From: Vicugna vicugna
Taxonomy: Eukaryota
DNA length: 64,000 nucleotides
Assembly (NCBI GenBank): GCA_013265495.1
Contig: MU058337.1
Location: forward strand, 2,386,686 to 2,450,685
Reading direction: 5' to 3'
Within the stretch, counting starts at the first letter, position 1. Every line of letters starts with the position of its first letter. The position numbers were made by a program, and so were the translations under genes. Shown here one piece after another: positions 61,851 to 64,000 of this stretch. The notes below the pieces were generated by a model. It saw only the letters and a list, made by a program, of their open reading frames with translations. It was not told the DNA's origin and ran no database searches.

Positions 61851-64000
61851 AAGTAATGTGAAAAATGTGAGGCAGAGCCTTGATTTATTTTGGGGGGGGC
61901 TTTGTTTTGAGGAATTAATGAGATTTTTAAGTTTAGTTGTATTATATGTATATATATATACTAGTCCGCTTGTATAATTCCCTAGAAAGCTTATCAAAAT
62001 AGTTATTTGGTATAGATTTTATACTGAATATTTTAATATTACTTGGATATGATTAGGAACTCACATATTCTTAACACTGCATTTTATTGTTGATGTTGTT
62101 AATTTAAAACACCCTCAACAGCCAAATAGCTTTGGTCTAAATGGATGGCAACCTCCATGCAATTTTGAAGATTCTATCCTTTATTAAAATTTTAAAATTC
62201 TGAATAACATGAAATTAAACAGCCCTGGTCTCATCTTCTTAGAGGGTGGGGATGGGTAGAGGGCCAGTGGAAATGCCCATGTGATCATTAAGAACTTTTG
62301 CCAGGACACATGGCTGATTTTTAACCTTCTAAATTTTACTGATGACATAGAAGCCTTGGAGGAACTCTCAGCCATCTTCCCTTACAAACAGACCGTAGGC
62401 CCGATGCCTACAATATTTTCATTTTTTGAAAAGAACTAGTCAGTCAATTTTTAAACTACAGCTTCTTACATTCCAGTAACATCTAACCCAGATTTAATAG
62501 TCTTGAAATAAAGTTATTCCTAACAAGAAATCATTTTTAGATGGATGCAGCTTTGGAATTTTACTAAACTCTTTTTCATGACCCCGTGAAGGTAATGGTT
62601 ACTTCCGTTTTGAGGCTTGGTTTCTGAGGGTATTGTCCTTCACATCCCCTAGGATTTTGTTTTTGTTTTTGCTTTTTGTTTTCTTTTAAGACAACCAAGG
62701 CCTAAAGAAAGAATCTATTTCAATACACGTGGAATTAAAAATACTATTCCCATTTTTCTCTAAGAGAATTTCCAAGATATCCAAATGTAAAACTACGAGT
62801 TTTGACTGATTTTTATCTAAGGAAACACTTAGTGTGAAACTGAAACAAAATATCATTTTCTGCCTAGTGAAAATCTTGACATACTCTTTTTTTTACCTAC
62901 CTTTCAGGAACATGCTAAATGCTCCCCAAAATGTGAGAGACAACATTTAAGAAAATGTCATTGCCTTAACCATGGCCAATATTTTGAAATAAGTCTTGAT
63001 ATTATCTGCCTGTTGTGACTTTTCTTTTGTTCGGCTCCTCCCCAGATTTTATACCTGTGGTATTTGCCAAAGTGTTGCCCCTAGCTGTAACTCTGCTTTT
63101 AATGTTTTTGGCAAACATTTAACTCTTTTCTGCTTTGGTTTCGATTGTACAAGATGGGAAGGCTCTTGATTTCCACATGCAAATAGTCACTACTGGTAAC
63201 TAGTTTTCATTGATTTGTTTTGCAATCTCAGGGCCATCTTGAATGCAAAATCATCTGAAAGATTAAAAAGGAATAACAGAATATTTTGTGTCAAAATGTT
63301 ATGGCTGAGAGATCTAAAAACTGCTCCAAGTATTTGTCACAAATACAAAATGAAGGCAAGAATCAGTCCAAACTTAAAGCAAAAGCTGCCTTCCACACTT
63401 CGCTGCGATGGTGAGACCCGTTTGGTGCTGGCTCAGAAACATGCGCTCATGACGGTCATACCCCAGGCAGATGAATGTCACCCTCCCTTGATGTTTAACA
63501 GAGCATCACTTGGCCAGAGGCGATGTATTAGCATACTCACGTGTACCAATTATACACGAGCCAACATAGGTAGAGCTAAATTATAAAAAAAAAGACCACT
63601 GCAGAGTTACAACTTTGGTGATAAATGACACATTTGCTAGCGGTTCAGACATTAGCATAGAAATGACAGGAGGGACTATATTTGAGGTGCACAGAAAAAC
63701 TAATTAACCTGGCAGCATAGAGTATGACCGTGTTGGTGGTCTTAACGCTTTTGAGGTGCTATCCTGTAATTTCAGTTTTAAAGCAGATAAAATACGACCC
63801 AAATATCACTTTTTAAAATACAACACTTGAAAAACCTGTAATACACTCTTCTAACCAGCGCCTAACCTGTGGTCTTGCCAGTAAATTAAAAATGCTTATG
63901 ATGCCAGTTTAGTTTTATTTATGTTGAAAAGAGGCACTATATAGAAACAAAATGCATAATGCAAAAAAGGGCATAGTTAGGATGGTTATGCCAACTCAAA

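Noticed and set aside
1..64000. CRISPR arrays, operons, tRNA/rRNA/snRNA genes, prokaryotic or phage systems
   Set aside because: None seen; the window is mammalian non-coding DNA without repeat-spacer arrays or gene-dense ORFs.

Overview
Eutherian mammal genomic DNA: AT-rich, CpG-depleted, intronic or intergenic. It contains ancient repeats (MIR, L2, L3/CR1, L1M, hAT-Charlie, MaLR/ERVL) and several younger L1 pieces. The young L1 3' ends look cetartiodactyl-type, and I saw no Alu, B1/B2, Bov-A/BovB, CHR, PRE-1, SINEC or ERE elements, so a camelid is my tentative inference. I cannot recognise any intact protein-coding exon, RNA gene or named gene. Almost all ORFs in the track are explained by repeats, low complexity or chance. 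The main functional-looking element is a CpG island at ~10.33-10.69 kb with a (GCCCAC)n EGR/KLF/G-quadruplex array; several repeat-free, enhancer-like blocks are also present. The most unusual structures are an ORF1-only, prematurely polyadenylated L1 insertion with TSDs, an L1-in-L1-in-MIR nest with two TSD pairs, a twin-primed inverted L1, an LTR-less ERVL integrase fragment rich in CpG, and a possible decayed reading frame at 5.6-6.0 kb. I did not find convincing evidence of a novel biological system. Repeat families are assigned from remembered consensus sequences, and boundaries are approximate unless TSDs or termini are quoted.
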